Part shown: positions 25,148-39,677 of the stretch, piece after piece
Layout: every line of letters starts with the position of its first letter
How positions within the stretch are numbered: position 1 is the stretch's first letter
Notes under the pieces: generated by a model
Seen by the model: the letters and a program-made list of their open reading frames with translations, nothing else
What the model was told of the DNA's origin: nothing
Databases searched by the model: none
Made by a program: the position numbers and the translations under genes
NCBI GenBank assembly: GCA_038496445.1
Contig: JALMLS010000448.1
Coordinates: 62,001 to 126,000, forward strand
Direction: 5' to 3'
DNA: 64,000 bases
Origin: Trichosphaerium sp. ATCC 40318
Taxonomy: Eukaryota > Protista > Tubulinea

Positions 25148-27242
25148 TTAATCTAATACAACTGTATTTGACTTATCACTAGGTTTCATTCCATTAGGCG
25201 GCTAGAAAAACATGTTAAACAACAAGTACCAACTCTAAAATGATATCGTAAAAAAACTACCAAAAAAAACTACACTGGCACGGTTCAGAGATTATTAAAT
25301 GCTAGTTTGTTTATATTTTTTGCCCCATTAACAGGAAGACACCGAAAATTATAGTCTACTGACGTATTTACATGGTTTAAGTAGCTGTAATTCTAAAAAC
25401 GTTGACATGTTTTCTTTTGTTAATAAATTTCTGCTCGAAAAAAGGTTGAACTTTTATAACTTACTTGAAGGGGTACGTTTGGATTGTAATACATTTGTCC
25501 GCCAGGAAATTGCTGTTGGAATACATTCATCATACTCATATTCTGATACATGTTAAACTGAGCCGGAGTCTGGAAAAGAAAAAAAAAGCAAAATCAGTTT
25601 CCATATTATAATATATAGGCGTATTTATACCATTGGTGGCAACGTTCCATTACCCTGGGGGTGTTGTGGTATTCCTCTAGGATCCTATAGGTTCATCATG
25701 AGGTTCAAGAAGAAAACGAAAAAAGTGAAATTCCAAACAGTATACGCCAGCGTACAGGGAATGTGAAAAGTTTTTTCTTTTTTGGAAAATAAGGAGAATC
25801 AAAATCACGTGATTGTCTTTTCATCGCGTATATGACTTAACCTGAGTCACGTGATTTAATAGTGACGCGATTTCAACTTGAAGTTTGACAAAATAAAAAT
25901 GACATAAAATCCTTCACGTGAAGTTGAAATACAAATAAATTGAGAGTAGGCCCTTAGAATAGCTACAGCTGTCTGTGAAGAAAGAAAAAAGGTTTTTGGC
26001 CAAATTAAATTCTTTTTGTATAACGTACATCTCTTGCGTTCCAGTAACTTCCTTGTGTTTGTGGTTGTGCAGCTGGCTGGTTTGGTTGTGCTGGATTAGG
26101 TTGTGGTTGACCACCTTGAGCTATTTGATTCATCAAGAAATATTGTTTGAATTGATCAAGGACTGTTGGCATATTGTAGTTTCCATAAAGCTGTAGACAT
26201 CGTTGATAATTTAGGTAGTCCTCTTGTGTAGGTGCATTTGGCATGGATCCAGAAGGTAGAGGATCATCACCAGTGAGGTCCATTTCTAACAAGAACAACA
26301 CTGAGAACCATGCACTTGCCGAACAGAAAAAGCCCGAAAAAAAAAACGAGCACGAAAAGTCACAGACTTTTCAGAGACACGTACGTGGAATATCTGCTTG
26401 TTTTTTCTTTCCTCTTGCTTTTAAATCTTTAGTCTTACATGCTGCCTAAAACAAAAAATAAATAAAACGTATCACACGTGACATATAAGCGTTTAAAAAA
26501 AACTTGAAAAAAAAAGTGAACGAAAAAAAAAAAAAATCACTTACCATTTTATTATGTAGTTCAGAAAAGTCAGCCTCCTCATTTAGCGTAACGACTCCAT
26601 TAAAAACGTTACCACCAATAGTAAGTGTAACAACATAAGCATTCACTGTATTACTTGAATCACCTTCATCTCCATCTTTAACTGCATCTTTTGCAGGCTG
26701 TACATGTGGTCCATCAATAACACCTAGAACCATAGACGATCTAAAATAGTTAACTATTAGCAACAATTAACGCCACATAAAAAATGTGCATGTGAATAAA
26801 GGTTTAACGTTAATTTAACGCTTGGTTTAGTACGTAGACGCGAAATCTACCAAATTGGAAGGTTTTGCGTTTGTTTTTACTGCTTTTTTTGTTTTTTGAG
26901 CTTTTTGGTGGAACTTGCGGTGAATCTGTCTAAAACACGTACGCTTCATCCTCTGAATCTGCGGTTGTACGAAATTTGACGTTTGAAAGTTGTGGTGGAG
27001 TCTAAAAAACGAATTTTAACGTTTTACCAATACTACAACAAGCAGAAAATATAATTTTAATGCCTTATTGGCGTTTATGAGTAATTTTAACTTATTTAGA
27101 AGAAGCGTATCACGGGAAGGCATATTCATTGATATGAACGTCATAAATGCTATGGTTGTATGCTTTTGAAACGTACCGATTGACCTTTTCGCGGTTTTTT
27201 AGCTGGAGGGCCTGAATTAGACGGCGACGACCTCTTTGACAT
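25148..27242 (-). CDS. Nuclear hypothetical protein: NLS, small beta-domain (GVIDG...YVVTLTIGGNVFNGVV), Gln/Pro/Asn-rich tail
   Basis: NLS MSKRSSPSNSGPPAKKPRK, with in-frame exon joins and a Q/P-rich region QPQPNPAQPNQPAAQPQ. The last exon is ambiguous (stop near 25296 or 25148). Confidence 0.65.
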
Positions 27243-27353
27243 CTGTAGAGGCCTGCTTCGCAAGTAACTCTGAGTTGATGCGACAGATAAACCCGATTGT
27301 GTGAAGCAAAAAAAAGGACTTAAAAAAAAAGCCAATAATTGTCTTAAACATAC

Positions 27354-28156
27354 TTAGCAGACAGCGCTGTTTACACCATAGTATGCGTATACTAAAGCCG
27401 TAGTATAACACGGCCTTGTGGCCATAGTGCTGACTTTGTAAACCAACACACAACTAATACTTTAAGCGATCTATGATTTAGTCAGTTTCTGAGTATCTTG
27501 TCAGTTTTAGTAGTTCAAGCGTACTTGCAAAGGTACACAAAACATTCTTGTGATGTCTGCGTAACAACAACCCTCTTGATGGCGTTTGAAACGTTAGAAT
27601 TTCTTAAAAGTTTATCGTTCTTAGGGCGGCTTCTCAGTATCCCGCTGTATCTCCCAAGGTATGTTGAAGAACCATCTCGTTCTTGACAATCTTCCCATAC
27701 AACTACTTTCTTTCCACGATGATAAACAGTGACTTGAAACTGATAGAATCTTCTTGAATAATTCCTCTCTATTTTTTCTTGTCTTGAACCAAGATAAAAC
27801 TTTGTTACTCTTGGACGGATACTTACAGCAAAACTGGACGCTCTCACAAGCGTTAAGGGTATGTACTGAGTTGTCTCTTTTTCTTGATATTGCCGTATGC
27901 GCATGTTAGAGCTAATGCAATGAGGTGGGATAGAGTACAATTCATTCAAAGATACTATGCGTATGACTGAATCTCCATCTATGTCATCTCCTTCAAGATT
28001 GTTTTAGCTTCAAGCAGCCTTAAAGTATTTGTTGCACACACCCATTAAATAAGGTTTTGGGCCAGGTAGTATCATCTTCATGGATGTTAAGTCATTGTTC
28101 AAATACAGTTCGATATCGAAGGGGAACGCAATTTCTTTGTTAAGCTTCATAGGCAT
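27354..28156 (-). CDS. Hypothetical protein
   Basis: ATG at 28156, and a phase-1 GTGTGT...GAAG intron removes two stops and joins the 144-aa ORF 27515-27949. The 3' exon is uncertain. Confidence 0.35.
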
Positions 28157-28736
28157 CACGTTATTTTATAACTGTCATTTTACTGAAACAATGTTTGACT
28201 AACGTGCGTACCAAGTATGACCGGCGAAACGCAAAGTAAAGCGATTCACCTTTTTTTGTTTGAGTGTGACCCCAAACTGACTTCATCTTTGCTAGCAAAG
28301 TATTATTAGCTTTCTAGATTCCACCTTTATACTTGTATACCATTCCAAATTAACGCGCTTGTAAATATATCGTTCAAGCCAGTACAGCAAGACGACAGTC
28401 TCATCATAGAGCTATAAGAATGAAAGAACTCACCTTTTTAAAGCTCAGAAATAAGGTGACATTCTAACGTACTCAAGTATACGAGCAACTCTATTGGTAA
28501 TGCCAGCAACCCTGTAGGCGTATTATATGACTCCATGGCATAATTTGAGATTGACAAAAAGAGAACCGGTTTTGACATTCATTCATTCATGAAAACATTG
28601 ACTTAAAATTTAATTGGACTTGTTACATTTTATACATTTTATTTACATTCTATAGTACAGCCTATCGCCCGTTTTTATGGTACAAATATTTACAACAAAG
28701 GCGATTTATGGTACAAGTAGGTTCATGGGTCTTTTT

Positions 28737-29931
28737 TTAAGCGAGCGCTTCTCCGCACCACATCCTGAACTCCTTTTTGTTTCGGAGACGAATCTAAAGA
28801 GAAGTGAGTCAAGGCGTCGTTATGATCACGTGATTGAAGTATTTTTTATTTTCCTTTATACGTACCGATAGGAACTCATGTCCAAGTAATTCCTTGGCCG
28901 TAGCGTTAGGACTCATGCAGGTGGAAACGAAATGGCGGAGCTGGTTGTGTGTTTGATAAAGAGTATCAAGCTTCACAAGGGACAAATAGATGATTTCTTT
29001 ATTGAGTTCCCAAGCTTCTTTATCAGTCATATCATCACATGATTTCGTCATAACAGGGAACGAGAGTTTACCTCCGAAAAGAAATTCCATTGCCAAACTA
29101 GTAGGTCCGGTAAGCAAATGAACAATGACGAGAACAAAACAAAAAATGATCGTACCTTCCAACTGATTTACAGTCCGAAGTTAGTGCCCAACCAAATAAT
29201 GGTACGTATTCGTCCATGTACCCAGGAGTTCCACACAGTTCCTTATTGATTACTGTGTTGACGTGAGGCGTTGCAAAACCAAAATCGCATATTTTAATCT
29301 CCCCGTTTGGCATAACCATTATATTTTCTCCTTTGATATCCCGGTGTATTACTGATAGTTTGTGCATGTGTTTAATACCCTTAAGTGTACGCTCTAGAAT
29401 ATAAGCCATGGCGGAAGTACTCATGCCTTTCTTTGCGAGTACATGAGCGTCAAACTTTGCTAGAGGCATAACAACGCATGAGTCAACCAAAGTTTCAAAG
29501 AAACAGTCTACGACTTTGAGGACGTTCTTATGAACACAGTAGTCTTGAATATCTACCTCAAACATCTACAATAAATTCAAGTCAACACGGGTTCATTAAC
29601 GAGAGTCAGAGGCAAGTTGTTAAAACGTACAAGTTCTCCAACGATAGTTTGTTTCTCCTCTAAAGTTACATCGCCAATGAACCTCGCATATTTGATAGCG
29701 ACACTGGTTTTACGGACAGTATCCCTGGCTGAGAAAACGATACCACAACCGCTATTATAAGTTATAAGTAAACTGAAGACTGTATGTTGTGGCGTACCCT
29801 TGGCCTATCATTTTCCATTGTGTAAATTGTTTAACCGGCTGCTCTTGCGGGGCTTTGAGGGCTTTGATGAGACCAAATGCCTTACTTGCTGAGCGCTTTA
29901 CTACTCTTAACATAGGATTTGATGCTTTCAT
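28737..29931 (-). CDS. Ser/Thr protein kinase, STE20/PAK-like, divergent C-lobe
   Basis: Motifs IGQGGCGIV, VAIK, HRDIKGEN, DFGFA, CGTPGYM, DCKSVG and TAKELLGHEFL. Confidence 0.9.
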
Positions 29932-31343
29932 TGTGTATTTAACTTTGTAATAATGAATACTACCGACGAACGTGAAGGTTCCGTGCGAGAAGCATTATCC
30001 AAATTACTACATAGAAAAGGAATAGTTTAGTAAGTGTTTTAAAAAGAACTTCTTCGTTCTCAATGGAGCCTAATACCACTAACTATGGTTCGTTCATTAA
30101 CATATAAGTTACACCTTTTCAAATTTAGGAAAGCTCTTGTTAAGTCCGAAGGAATGGAACACATTGAAGACGAACATATATTTCGGAGTTTTTATTGGGG
30201 ATGCTAAGAAGGGATGTTGTGTGCTAGAACGCCTATGTGGTCTTATTCAGTGCTTTCATATACCGACAGGGTAGCGAAAAGGGCCATGAGACTGTTGCAG
30301 TGTTTGCTTCCACCTGCAGCAGAACTGCTCGTACAGAACTGCAATCAGGAGGGAAAGAACTACATATTAGAAAGAGTTTCTGCCAATACTTAACTGACGC
30401 TTATAAGCTTCCAATTTATTGCTAAAGCAGTAAATATTTAGACCCATTTTTAGCAAACTTAGTTTGGTTGTAACGTTTTAACAATCCTGCACTACTTTCG
30501 TCAAAACCGGACAGGTATGTGTGAGCTTTCTTGAAATGTGCTAGTTAATAAATATTCGAGATAAACCGCTAACGCCATACAGGGAAGTTTTCGTGCGCAT
30601 CTTGAACTTGGTAAAGAAGTATAAATTTAAATGAATTACACCGGTACACACTTTCACGCTACAGCTGGGACTTAACAAAATTACAATCAGACCACGGAGA
30701 AATAGTTCAATAAATCCTCCGTTTGCTGTGATATAAGCAATCGTAAACTCTTCAAGTGTTGTGTAATGCAAGTTGTATTATTTGTATACAAACCAAAATG
30801 GAAAATACAGAATTGCACTGTAACTATCACTTTGACACGTGAGAAGATTGGGCGCCTCAAATGTCCTTACAAAGCAAGATATAGTATTTACAGGTGACCA
30901 GCTAGTAAGTAATTCTGTTGTCCTGCCTGTAGTGGTGGGAAAGAAACGGTCCTAATTTCGTACCACTTACTTCCCAGTTGGAAACAATCGCAACTTAATT
31001 GTCATTAAGCTGGGCAAAAGAAGAGTGAGAAGCTCAACGATAGATATGAAGTAGCCAATAGCGCTGGCTTACACAATTTCGCTATTGTAAGACTTATTAG
31101 CCGTGAAATTCACCTAACCACGCTATGGCTGAATCAATAGGCGTCTTTCCGTTAAGGTTGGCGGTTTAGTACAAAAAAGCGTTTATTAACAAAAATGTAG
31201 CTCAAAATCATCGCCTGTGCATCTGTCTGGCTCTAGGGACCTATCAAGAGCTCGTGTACTTTCAATATCAGAAGTGTTAGAAAAAGGGTACAAAAACGTT
31301 CAAATATCTTTGATTCGCTTTAAAAACGTCAACAGTGTCGTAC

Positions 31344-34300
31344 ATGAACATGTGGCGTCATTGTTTATTTTCAGTTTACAAAAAACCGGTTCAAGTACAA
31401 GCCAAGGGCTCCATACTGACCTCTAAGCGTAGATCAATCGATGGAGAATTAACACTTGTAAAATCGTTAGTGACAGCTACAGTATTTCGCGATTCTCTTC
31501 AAAATGATCAAACTCCTGTTGTTGATAAGGCAAACAAGAAGACAGTACTTATAAACTGCTTTCTATTGCCTCCCTCTGCAAGGCCACTCACAAAACCAAC
31601 GGAGGACGAGGTACATTACAGCGTAAACGACAACAATGGCATTTGAATACACTTTTTTTTTTGAAGAGTTCTTTTGGTTCATTTTGGAAATTCTCTCTCT
31701 CATAGTTTTATAGCTTCGTATGGCATATGAAATTGCTTTAAGAACGGCGTATTATCAAATAATACCAAAGTATGAAAAGCGTAATGGTAAGTGTTATGAG
31801 TTACATTCGTTTTCTATATCCACCTTTTACTTATTTGTTTTTTGCAGCCAAGAAATTACCTATGAGCGTTGAAGAGCTTCGACGTGCGCTTTCCATTGAG
31901 TTACCGTACGTAACAAAAGTTCTTAGTTATGAAAGTTGTGTTCCAAAGAAGGAACAATGTTCTCATCTTTACCAACGAACCTCTTAATGATTCTAGAGAT
32001 GGTGGTATAGAACAACGTGTACAAAAAGCAGATGGTAGAGGTGTACTTAAAATTCTCGTTGAGAAACAACGAAGTCAGATTGCAAGTAAACCTGGATACA
32101 CATTGAACGACTTTTCGGTACCTATAACAAGAAAAATTAAGTTCAAACGTCACGTGATTTTGCACGTGATTTTTTATTTTATTTTTTTAATCACGGCAAG
32201 TAGTCACCTGAAACATATGCTACTTGGAGAGAGTCAGACGGAACTAGATTGGATAATATATCCAAAAAATTAGCTTCTATGCCAATGAAGGTATCAACGA
32301 AGCAATCAAAGAAGAAAAGGACACTTACAATTCAAATCATGCATGTTGATGGTGTTCAGAGTAGCAGGAAGATTAAATGTATGTACTATTTTCTTTATGG
32401 TTATTGCTTACTTTAATAGCTAAATCTGGTTACTATTGTACCGTTACGCTTGGTCCAGAACATCATAAGACAAAACTTGTCAAGTTATCAAAGAAGCTTG
32501 AATGGCAAGAGACTTTTATTTTTAATGTATCGAAGAGTAATGAAAAATCTCCTCTTGAAATTCGTTTTCGAGAAAGCGGTATGTGTAGTTCAACGCAAAG
32601 TTACTCAACCACTACATTGCATTAATATTTATTCCTATTAGCGTTGATTGATACGATCTCTAAGCTTGGAGAAATCGTCATTAGTGTACGAGTTAACAAT
32701 TTTTTTCTTGTTTTTTTCTTACTGCTTGTTTAAAGGCTTCAAAGTGGAAACGCATGGTTTCTGATAAACCAGATATTCAGCCATTTGAAAAGGAAAAGAA
32801 GAGTAAGAAAGTAAAAGGAAGGTTAATGTTTAGTGTAACGTATGTTGATGCACGCTGCGTTAAAAAAAACTCTTCGCCAAAAAAAGACAACAAAAAAGAA
32901 GAAACTGAAGAACAAGAAGATGGAATAGTATTGGACTATGTACATATTTACGAGTAAGAATATTACTGCAACTAGGTGCCCATCTAACTTGTAGCCTTTT
33001 AAGGATATTATTCGATCGCCTATTTGCGTACTTTAACGAAAAGAAAACAGTTACCCATTTCTCTCCAATGCCAGATGGTTTTTATAGACTTCTTGAAGAT
33101 GTCGCAGCTCTTTATGGCATTGACCAAGCTCAAACATGTCTGACGTATGTATAACTAAACTAAATCGTTTTTTTTAATTCGCTGACTTGACTTATAAAGG
33201 TACATGGAGGCACTCATGCGTCATGATGGTGGAGCAACATTAAAGTTAAAACTAGTAAAATTTTTATTAAAGTCATTGCTGGAAGTTACGATACACACTA
33301 AAAACCAGGAAGAGAGGTTGAAAGGTGAGTAGATATTTATAAAAACTAAGAAATCCAATTACTGATGATAAAAAATAAGGTGTTGTTTCAGAAGTGGCAA
33401 GGTATTGTACTTCTGCTATTACAAACTTTACATCTTTTTTCCCTGATAATGAACCCAAACATGCGTTTCCTTCTGTCCTTAAAATATACTATTCTCTTGA
33501 TATCGGTGAAGATACACATGCTGAGAAGATTGTTGAGTTATTAACGGCACGTGAAAAGTCAAGAATAACACGTGAATAACACATTACTAATAAAAAAATA
33601 GAAACAAGCTGAGAAAACTTTTGAAAAGTTGGTAGCGACTAATATGCCTCTTTACCAGCTTGATACAATATTGACACCAGAAGGATTAGTCAATCTAGTA
33701 ATTTATTTAACAAGAAAGGTTATGGCCCTTAAATGTTTCAAGGACGTATTCCCTGAGTATGTCAAAACAATTCTCTTCTTTTTTTTTTTCGTTCCTTTTT
33801 TTTTTTCATTTTGGTGTTTAATCGTTTATTCTTTTTAAGGGAAACAAATATGCCTTTGGAAATGGTTAATATATATGCTAAATTATTACGTGAGTTGCTA
33901 TCTACTTTTTTCGAAAACTGGGTGACAGCAGATCCTGATGACATTGTCAAAATTCTGGAACTATTCAAAATCTTGCAAAAATACCTGAACGAATGGCTCT
34001 ATTTTGTTGAGTACGACAGCACCCTTGCATCAACTCTTATTAAAAAATACTAATATTTTAACACCAGTATTGACAAATCAATAAATTTATGCGAGCTGTC
34101 AGGACGTTATATCACAAAATGGATAAACACTTTTGGTGAAGAACTACAGGAATTCGCAACACACTCTTGCGAAAAAGCAAAGGTACCTTTCCTGGTTCAG
34201 CACAAATCACTTGCCTTTTTGCCCTTGGCTACACCATTCATCCAACGCAAATCAAGTCTTGACCTAGGATGAGGAAGCTCAAATTAAATTTGGATACTTA

Positions 34301-35826
34301 GATGTTTTTAGTAGTGTTTTTGTTTTGCTGCCTTTGTTTTTGTTAACACTTTTTCTTAGTGGTCGCCTATATCATGGGAAGTACCATTTTGTAAGAACCT
34401 ATTAGAGTTTTTAAAATGTGTGACTATTTCGCTTGATTTTCTTAAAGACTTATTAAAGCATTGGAACCATCCATCAGCATTTCAGTTCATAAATACCTTC
34501 GCTCAAGTAAGTAATAACACGCCCTTTTGCACTGATTTTGTTGTCTATTAACAATTTGATGTAGACAATTGGAACCGCATTGTCATTCTATGTGGAACGT
34601 GTTGTAAAAGAGCTTGATAATGAGATTGACGCCGATGTTGATACAATTGAAGTTTTTAAAACAGCGGTACACAAATCTCTTTTTTTCTTACTTTTTTACT
34701 GTTTTTTTTTGTTTGTTTGCTTTTGTGTTTATTGTCTGTAGGTACCTCTCCCTAAGATGACAGAACAAATGACTATAAAGTTGAATACTATTCATGCTTG
34801 TAAAGAATACTTAAAAAACATTTTGGAGAGTATATTTGATGCTATAGCTGTTGTAAAACATCTTGAAACAGCAGAAGATTTATCAAGTGATTTGGCACGT
34901 GTTAGTTGTGATGATTTTGTGAAAAAGTTTTCTGATTACTTTGATTGGATAAATACTGCAGAGAAGAAAGCATATGATAGTATTGGTTCGAAGGTAATTC
35001 CAAATTTTTACTTCTAAACTAAAACCAGTTTCTTTCATTTTCTTACTTTTTTCTTACTAGCTTCATGAAATATACAAGGCTTATATATGCCCTTTCATTG
35101 GTGTATCGCAGGTAAAAATATTCCATATGAATAACGAACTTACTTTGGCAACAGAAAGGGCGGCACTATGTCAATATTTTAAAGAACAAGCCATCGATGA
35201 AGCAAAAGATGATTCATATGTTTAAAAGTTCAGCATCAAACGTTTTAGAGAATATGGACGATCAAGATCATTTTATTCCTCTTATGAAGTTATTCGATAC
35301 TCACTTTGATGAAATGAGTAGACACGGGTTTAACGACGTTATAGAAAGTACCTTGAGTAAGTACTGGGAGGAGATATTAAAGGTACTGATTAAAACATTT
35401 TCCAAAAAAACGCAATGTTTTTGTTAATTTGACCACTTTGTTTAGATTGTAATGACTATTCTTCTACCTCTGGACCATCCTAGGGAATCTTTGACTACAA
35501 AACAAATAGGCAGAGCAGTTGAGATAACAAAGGCATTCAGAGGTACGACAAATTTTCTATTTCAAATCAAACTTAAAAAGAAAATTCTTCTGATCTCGTT
35601 TGTAGTGTATGTCTATGCTGAGGGTAAGGGATTGGCTTCATATGGATTGGATGCATCCCTAGAACACTTGGAGAAAATTGTACAGTTATTACAATCAGAT
35701 ACAGCATCGATAATATTCCAACACAGAGACGCCCCTGATCAACTTAAAAGCCAATACTTAGATATACTATCTTTAAGAACTGATGATCAAGAAGCATGCG
35801 ATTACTGTAATATTTTTGCAAAATAA
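31344..35826 (+). CDS. C2 domain plus MUN/Munc13-homology helical region (vesicle priming/tethering family); start uncertain
   Basis: C2 domain: TLTIQIMHV...YCTVTLG...KTKLVK...EWQETFIFNV...LGEIVI...GRLMFSVTY. The helical region has IKLNTI, FIPLMKLFD, LLQSDTASII and YLDILSLRTDDQEA, resembling MHD1/MHD2 ends. Confidence 0.7.
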
Positions 35827-36164
35827 ATGTGTTGGAATCTACCTGTGTTGTACTTTGGCGCAAAAAAAATAACATGAACTGACTTAGAAATGCTTGAAAA
35901 AAAACAACATTACTCTGTTTGTAATGGCTATACTTATTGAGTGCTCTGTGAATATTACCATATTGGGCGGCACGCAAGTGTTTGCAGAGCTCACAGAGTA
36001 ACCAAGTCGTGCTGTATGAAGTATTGTATCTAATTCTGCAACAATCGAATCACTGCTTCTTACTACGTCAATTGAAACTCAATTTATGACTGTATGTACT
36101 GTTCTGTGGATGCTGAAGTTTCAATTTATTCTTAGCTTTTTTTGTTTGTACAAACAGAGGTTAT

Positions 36165-39100
36165 CTAAAATATCTTGTCAATGTTAGGTATTTTTTGATC
36201 TTCTGATAGCCCTCTTACTTCATCTGATGAGAAAAAAAACAAGTCAGTGCATTTTTATTTTTTTTGGAAATAATTCAAAACAAAAGAACTGTGTAAACGT
36301 ACTGATTGTACAATCAGTGTAATCCCATTCATTATTATCATTACGCTTCATTGCAAAAATCCATGCAGGTCCGAAGCTTTCAGGTGATGATTGCAGAAGT
36401 GGTTCAGCTTCAAAGAATTAGGAAGAAAAAAGAGGCATTGTTAGTGTAGCACAACCATAACCTTACCTACTGTACTTAGTTTTACATCGTTATCATACCA
36501 CCGAACAGGATAAAAGTAGTGCTCAAAACATAAATGTTTCAAAGATACAAGGCCATCAAGCTGAAAAAGCCATTAGTGAAAAACAAACCAAAAAAAAGAA
36601 TAATTCACGAAAAGAATGAGAAAGCATACCAATGAGTTATATTTTATTTTTTTGTTGTATGTATGTTTTGCTCCTCCATCAATGAGTACATAAAACCTTT
36701 TGAAAAAAAGTAGTTAATAAGTTAAGATACACAAAGTATATATAAATAACTTGATAAGAAGTACGTACTTCTTGTTTTCAGTTTGAGCAAAACGTCTGCA
36801 ACAGGTAACAGTGCCAAAGTGCTCAAGCATCTGAGAATTTCTTTTACAAAACTCATCAAAGATTGTTAGTGGTTTAACTTCAAACTCTTCCATTTCTCCC
36901 TTTAAAGAATTGTTTAGTATATGAGATTGTGTAGAGGTTCATTGGTAGTATATGATTAGGGAGAAGTTATGAATTTAGAGTTTTTTCCTTGATGTTTCCA
37001 TACTTGATATTTTGTCTTTGCACTTTTTTTCTTTTTGTCCTGATTCAAGCAAACAAGTTTAATTTTAGAAGGTTGCCTTGATCCCATACCAAGGTCATAC
37101 ATAGTTATACGCTCACCACTCTATAAATAGAATCAGGAGGTATTCAACAAAAAAGGGAAAAATTAAAGTCCCAAAAATTCAGTTTAACATACTTTGATTA
37201 CAAGTCTCTGAGGATCAATCCATGTTGAAATCATACGCCATGAGTACATGTATTGTATTTTTACAGTACATATAATATCAAGTGTCTTAGGATTCAAAAA
37301 TATGATATGTTTATTAAGGCACTTCAAAACCAATAAGCAAGCTATAAACGCAAAAAGCCAAAGAAAAAAAAAATACCTCAAAAAAAAATGCTTCGTACAG
37401 CAACTAGTTTGTTGTGTTTTAAGAGAAGATTCTTCAGTTTCATTGGCAGTTTTCTAGTGACTATTTCCCGGTCCTTTTCATAGTCATGAACACTTATCCA
37501 TGTCTTGCCATCATAATTGGATATGTTGTTAATACCAACACTAACAACAATCTAAAATACAACTTAACTAGGTCATTTGTATGCACACAAAAAATGAGAA
37601 GTGCGATTAGTACTTGTTTAGTATTAGCATCCACTGAGCAGCAACGCTAAAAATAATTAATACATGACACTTGAGAATAGAAGTGAAGAAAAACAACAAC
37701 AAAACGATGGATTACTTACATCACTTGCTCTAGGACCACTATAACTTTCAATTTTACACTTTGGAATACATTTGTCTCCTATAATCTCATACAAATCAAA
37801 ACTCTTTTTACGATCTAGATAAAAGTTCATTAGTATTTGGTAAATTAGAAGGTTTTAAAAAGGAGTTACATACTCTTATTATCATGTGATATTACGACCA
37901 TATTTCCATTGTATGTGTGTATCTATACATGTTCAGAACTGTGAACAAAGTAGTAACCTTATATCCCATTGCAATACATACCTCATGTGGAGTTACTCCA
38001 AAAGATAAATCTCTAATAGGTTTTTAGTTTCTGTCTATTAAAAATAGTTGAATGGAGGAACTTACGTCACTTCTTGTGTTTCTAGGTCAACGAGCTTTAC
38101 TTCAAAACCACGTACTCGGTGATCATAAAAAGTACATAATAATTTGGCTGAGGCATCTTTGTTATAATGATACTGGACACTGGATGATCTTGCTTTTCGG
38201 AAATTGATTTCTTGACATTTTATTAGTTCAAAAAAGAGAAAATAAAAAGAAACGTGCTAAACTCAGAAAGAACTTTCGGTTCTTCTCCCTTCTTATGGTT
38301 TGACATAATTCGTATCGAAGGAGATGAATACCCATCAACAAGCACCTTAAAAATCCTGATAAGTACACCAGCAGTCAAACAAAAAAATTCTAACACGTGG
38401 TTAAAAACCAGTTTTTCGCTTTAAATACTCTTAGCTAGTATCAAGAAAAAGACTGACTTATAAACCAAGCATCAACACTTAATGTGATGATTATATAGTA
38501 CGAATTCTTTTGTAGTACACGATGGAGGGTCTTAATGGTAGTAACGTGAAAGTTTTAAATGAAAAAAGAATCTAAACTGGCAATACTTGGCCTTTTTCTT
38601 TGTACCAGTGTAACGTTTTTATACTTTAATGCATGGTTATGCGCGCGTGATTCTGTCCATGGCAAATGCTCAACCTTTTGTTGAATAGGGTCAACAATAT
38701 CTGTGTACAACGGATTTCTCTACAACTCATTACACAAAACAGAAACAAAAAAATTTGTTGAAAACAACAAAGATCAGCGTACAGTCTCGTGAGAGCCATA
38801 ATATGCAACGTTACACCACATAACTGAAAGCACTGGTGATGCTAGATGTTCACATTCCATTCCAATCTAAAGGAAAGAGTCAAGGAGTTTCAAAAGCGCT
38901 AGCCTTCTTTTTTTCTTTTTTGATTTCAAAAAAAACGTACTTTCTCATAATGACTTATATGTATGTTCCTAGTTTCCATTTATAAGTCATATATACGCTC
39001 TCAATAAAATATAATACGTGCTTAGAGTAGTTACTCGCAATCATACTTGGATATAGCCTTTTATTTTGTAGATTAAAGTCTACCATCGATAAACGGATAC

Positions 39101-39346
39101 AAGCTTCTCTCCAGTTGTTAATATGAGCGTAACAAGTCGTTTCGCGCTTGTAAAGTTCCTAAAAGCTGTAAACAATTTAGTGCGGGTCTATTTCGCGCCT
39201 ACCCTCCACAAGGAGTTATGCTCAGTCGACATTGACCATGTGCGGTTAACGCACGCGCATTTTAGCACATCTATAGGCTTTAATTCAAGAAAAATGAATG
39301 TCAACAGCTCTGGCGGATAATCACCAATGTGGATAGAGGCTGCCAT
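36165..39346 (-). CDS. F-box protein (multi-exon, unassigned C-terminal region)
   Basis: The first exon IGDYPPELLTFIFLELKPIDVLKCACVNRTW...NSLWR matches the F-box consensus. A chain of GT-AG introns follows. Internal frames are not all resolved. Confidence 0.7.
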
Positions 39347-39677
39347 ACTTACGAGCCAGAATACGATATTTATAGAAATGTCGGTTTCAACACAATTCAA
39401 AATCGTTACTCAAGATTTCTTTTCTTAACCTTCCTAACGGCCCTACTCTACAATAGCTGTATCGAATTTCCGGGCGTAGGTTAGTTGATTTAGACAGTAT
39501 TGAAGCCAAAAACAGCGAGAAGAATAAAATCGTTTGCTTTTCTATTTTGGGAAATACCACTTAAACAAGCTAAAGTAATATCGTTCTATCTCTCACTAGT
39601 GCAACACTACAAGCTGAATTACACCATATCTAACCCAAAGAAAGAATCAACACGCATTAATTAGTAAAACTACAAAA

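Noticed and set aside
26929-26942. Apparent ultra-short intron GTACGTGTTTTAG on the minus strand
   Set aside because: The same donor joins in phase to the acceptor at about 26741, giving an ordinary ~200-nt intron.
27965-27995. DDIDGD, resembling the DxDGD RNA polymerase/RdRP catalytic motif
   Set aside because: It lies near the N-terminus of a small protein with no double-psi barrel context.
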